This document shows positions 61,018 through 64,000 of a stretch of 64,000 nt of DNA, in pieces. The notes beneath the pieces are model-generated. The model searched no databases, was not told the DNA's origin, and saw only the letters and a list, made by a program, of their open reading frames with translations. The translations under genes were made by a program, and so were the position numbers. Location of the stretch: contig NC_043018.1 in NCBI RefSeq assembly GCF_006345805.1, positions 7,316,001-7,380,000 on the forward strand, written 5' to 3'. Each line of letters opens with the position of its first letter. Positions within the stretch are counted from its first letter, which is position 1. Origin of the DNA: Octopus sinensis (lineage: Eukaryota).

Positions 61018-64000
61018 AGTCGTAGGAGTGGCTGTGTGGTAGGTAGCTTGCTTACCAACCACATGGTTCCGGGTTCAGTCCCACGGCGTGGCACCTTGGG
61101 ACAAGTGTCTTCTACTATAGCCTCGGCCCGACCAAAGCCTTTTGAGTTGATTTGGTAGACGGAAACTGAAAGAAGCCCGTCGTATATATGTATATATATA
61201 TGTATGTGTATGTGTGTCTGTGTTTGTCCCCCCAACATCGCTTGACAACCGATGCTGGTGTGTTTACGTCGCCGTAACTTAGCGGTTCGGCAAAAGAGAC
61301 CGATAGAATAAGTACTAGGCTTACAAAGAATAAGTCCTGGGGTCGATTTGCTCGACTAAAAGGGGGTGCTCCAGCATGGCCACAGTCAAATGACTGAAAC
61401 AAGTAAAAGAGTCGACAGCAAGCAAAACAGACTAGTTTTTTTTAATGAAATATGGACATGGCGAAAGCTTGCTTAAAACAAGTGCAGCGCTTTAAAAGTT
61501 GTAGTCTGAAGTCTAGCGGTGGTTTGCTCTCGTGCAGGTCCTGTGGATGCGAACCTTCTACACCGCTCTCTATACGACCCGGGAGAGACCGTACCCCTTC
61601 CTACCGTCGTCAAGTAGATTACAGGAACTTCGGCTGAATACTGGAATGGTTTCCTGTTGCCCTTTCCAGGCAGGTGGGATTTGAACTCAGAATGTAGAGT
61701 GCTGGAGGATATAGCGTAAAACATCTGTGCAGAAGTGCCAACAATTTTGCCACTCTCCTGTCCTTTGAGCAACGTGAAATGAAGTCTTTTGCTTAAGAAC
61801 ACAATGCGCTGCTCGACTCTGGAATCGAACCCACAATCTAACGACCGTGGGTGCAACGTCCTAACCACTAGGTCACGTGCCTTCTCCAAGAGTGAACATA
61901 TAAGGTCAGGTAAGTGATACAGACAAATTAATAAAGGAACTAATTGAAACTGAAAATAGGTGGTAAGTTTCCAGACGGATACATATAATATATCGTTAAG
62001 ATATTTTTGATTTCTTAGAGAATTTGAAGCAACACTTGAATGATTCACTGAAGGAGAAAAACCTATCTTAATCTCCAAGATTAAAAAACAAATCTCATTA
62101 GAACTTGATAAAAATACAACTCATAAATTTCAGCTTGCGGTTTGGAAGCAATTAACTACAATTAGACCGTAGAATGAAGATTCTTTTATTCTTTTATTCG
62201 TTTCAGTCATGCTGGAGCACCGCCTTTAGTTGAACAAATCGACCCCAGGACTTATTCTTTCTAAGCCTGCTACTTATTCTATCGGTCTCTTTTTGCCGAA
62301 CTGCTAAGTTACGGGGGCGTGAACACACCAGCATCGGTTGTCAAAATGATGGGGGAACAAACACAGACATACACAAATATACACACACACACACACATAT
62401 ATATATACATATATCCGGCGGGCTTCTTTCAGTTTCCGTCTACCAAATCCACTCACAAGGCTTTGATCGGCCCGAGGCTATAGTAGAAGACACTTGCCCA
62501 AGGTGCCACGCAGTGGGACTGAATCCGGAACCATGTGGTTCGTAAGCAAGCTACTTATCACACAGCCACTCCTGCGCCTATGAATATTTAAAATAAATAT
62601 TTTAAATAACAACAGCAACAACTCCTATATAGAAGGCCGAACAGTTTGCTGTGAAGGATAACTGGTACTCCGCCGGTTGCGACGACGACGAGGAATCCAG
62701 TTGATCCTATCAACGGAACAGGCTGCTCGTGGAATTAGTGTGAAAGTGGCTGAGCATTCCACAGAAACGTGTACCCTTAACGTACCCTTAACGTAGTTCT
62801 CAGGGAGATTCAGCGTGACATAGAATGTGAGAAGGCTGGCTCTTTGAATGGTAGGTATAACTCATAAAGGTCGGCGAGCTGGCAGAAACGTTAGCACGCC
62901 GGGCGAAATGCGTAGCCGTATTTCGTCTGTCGTTACGTTCTGAGTTCAAATTCCGCCGATGTCGACTTTGCCTTTCATCCTTTCGGAGTCGATAAATTAA
63001 GTACCTATTTCTTTATTGCCTACAAGGGGCTAAACACAGAGGGGACAAACAAGGACAGATATAGGTATTAAGTCGATTACATCGACCCCAGTGCGTAACT
63101 GGTACTTAATTTATCGATCTCGAAAGGATGAAAGGCAAAGTCGACCTCGGCGGAATTTGAACTCAGAACGTAACGGCAGACGAAATACCGCTAAGCATTT
63201 CGTCCGGCGTGCTAACGTTTCTGCCAGCTCGCCGCCTTATTATAAATTAAGTACCAGTTACGCACTGGGGTCGATGTAATCGACTTAATACCTATGTCTG
63301 TCCCTGTTTGTCCCCTCTATCTTTAGCCCCTTGTGGGTAATAAAGAAATATGTATAACTCATTTTTGCCAGCCGAGCAGAGTGGGGCAACGTGAAGCAAA
63401 GTGTTTTGCTCAAGGACATAACACATCGCCGGGAATTGAACTCACGAGCTTACGAACGTAATCTGAATGTTCGAACCACTAAGCCATGTACCTTCAATAT
63501 TCTGAAGGATTATATTGTTGGAACGAACAATTAATAACAACAAAAAGAAAAGCATGACAGAGAACCGCAGAAGAAAGGTGGATTTCTTCACGGCATGGAT
63601 TGCGTACGAAGAAGCTCTCTTTACTCTCTTTTACTTGTTTCAGTCATTTGACTGTGGCCATGCTGGAGCACCACCTTTTTAGTCGAGCAAATCGACCCCA
63701 GGACTTATTCTTTGTAAGCCTAGTACTTATTCTATCGGTCTCTTTTGTCGAACCGCTAAGTTACGGCGACGTAAACACACCAGCATCGGTTGTCAAGCGA
63801 TGTTGGGGGGACAAACACAGACAGACACGCACACACATATACATATATACATATATATACGATGGGCTTCTTTCAGTTTCCGTCTACCAAATCCACTGAT
63901 AAGGCTTTAGTCGGCTCGAGGCTATAGTAGAAGACACTTGTCCCAAGGTGCCACGCAGTGGGACTGAACCCGGAACCATGTGGTTGGTAAGCAAACTACT
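61018..64000. mobile_element. S1 SINEs (61018-61411 plus; 62190-62580 and 63620-64000 minus) and S3-related remnants (about 61640-61890, 63350-63500)
   Basis: Family sequence matches. Confidence 0.85.
62870..63350. mobile_element. S2 SINE (plus) with a full S2 copy inserted in reverse (63006-63241), 14-bp TSD
   Basis: ATAAATTAAGTACC at 62992-63005 and 63242-63255. Confidence 0.9.

Overview
Repeat-dense, AT-rich eukaryotic DNA. The SINE families and (TA)n/(CA)n/(GATA)n load look like an octopus (coleoid cephalopod) genome; this is inferred from recalled repeat families, not a database match. No intact protein-coding gene, rRNA, tRNA gene or CRISPR array is supported, and nearly all listed ORFs are microsatellite or SINE artefacts. 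Recognisable content: dozens of tRNA-derived SINE copies (informal families S1, S2, S3) and an RTE-tailed repeat (R); decayed CR1, RTE and R4/Dong LINE fragments; Penelope-like element (PLE) RT and GIY-YIG fragments; a complete non-autonomous Helitron and a RepHel fossil; mariner, pogo/Tc2-like, TTAA and 8-bp-TSD MITEs; one 100-N gap; and a few exon-like segments. The main unexplained signal is a dense set of type I hammerhead ribozyme (HHR)-like motifs: about 25 copies (one a half copy) with about 13 unrelated stem sequences, found by eye on both strands. Several have a fully canonical core (e.g. 21713-21812, 31472-31562, 46812-46859, 47023-47070). Others carry core variants (U3-A8, an extra purine after A9, A6U, U4C). 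Many sit in long inverted repeats or tandem units embedded in (TA)n, some beside PLE ORF remnants. Coordinates of degenerate repeats are approximate.
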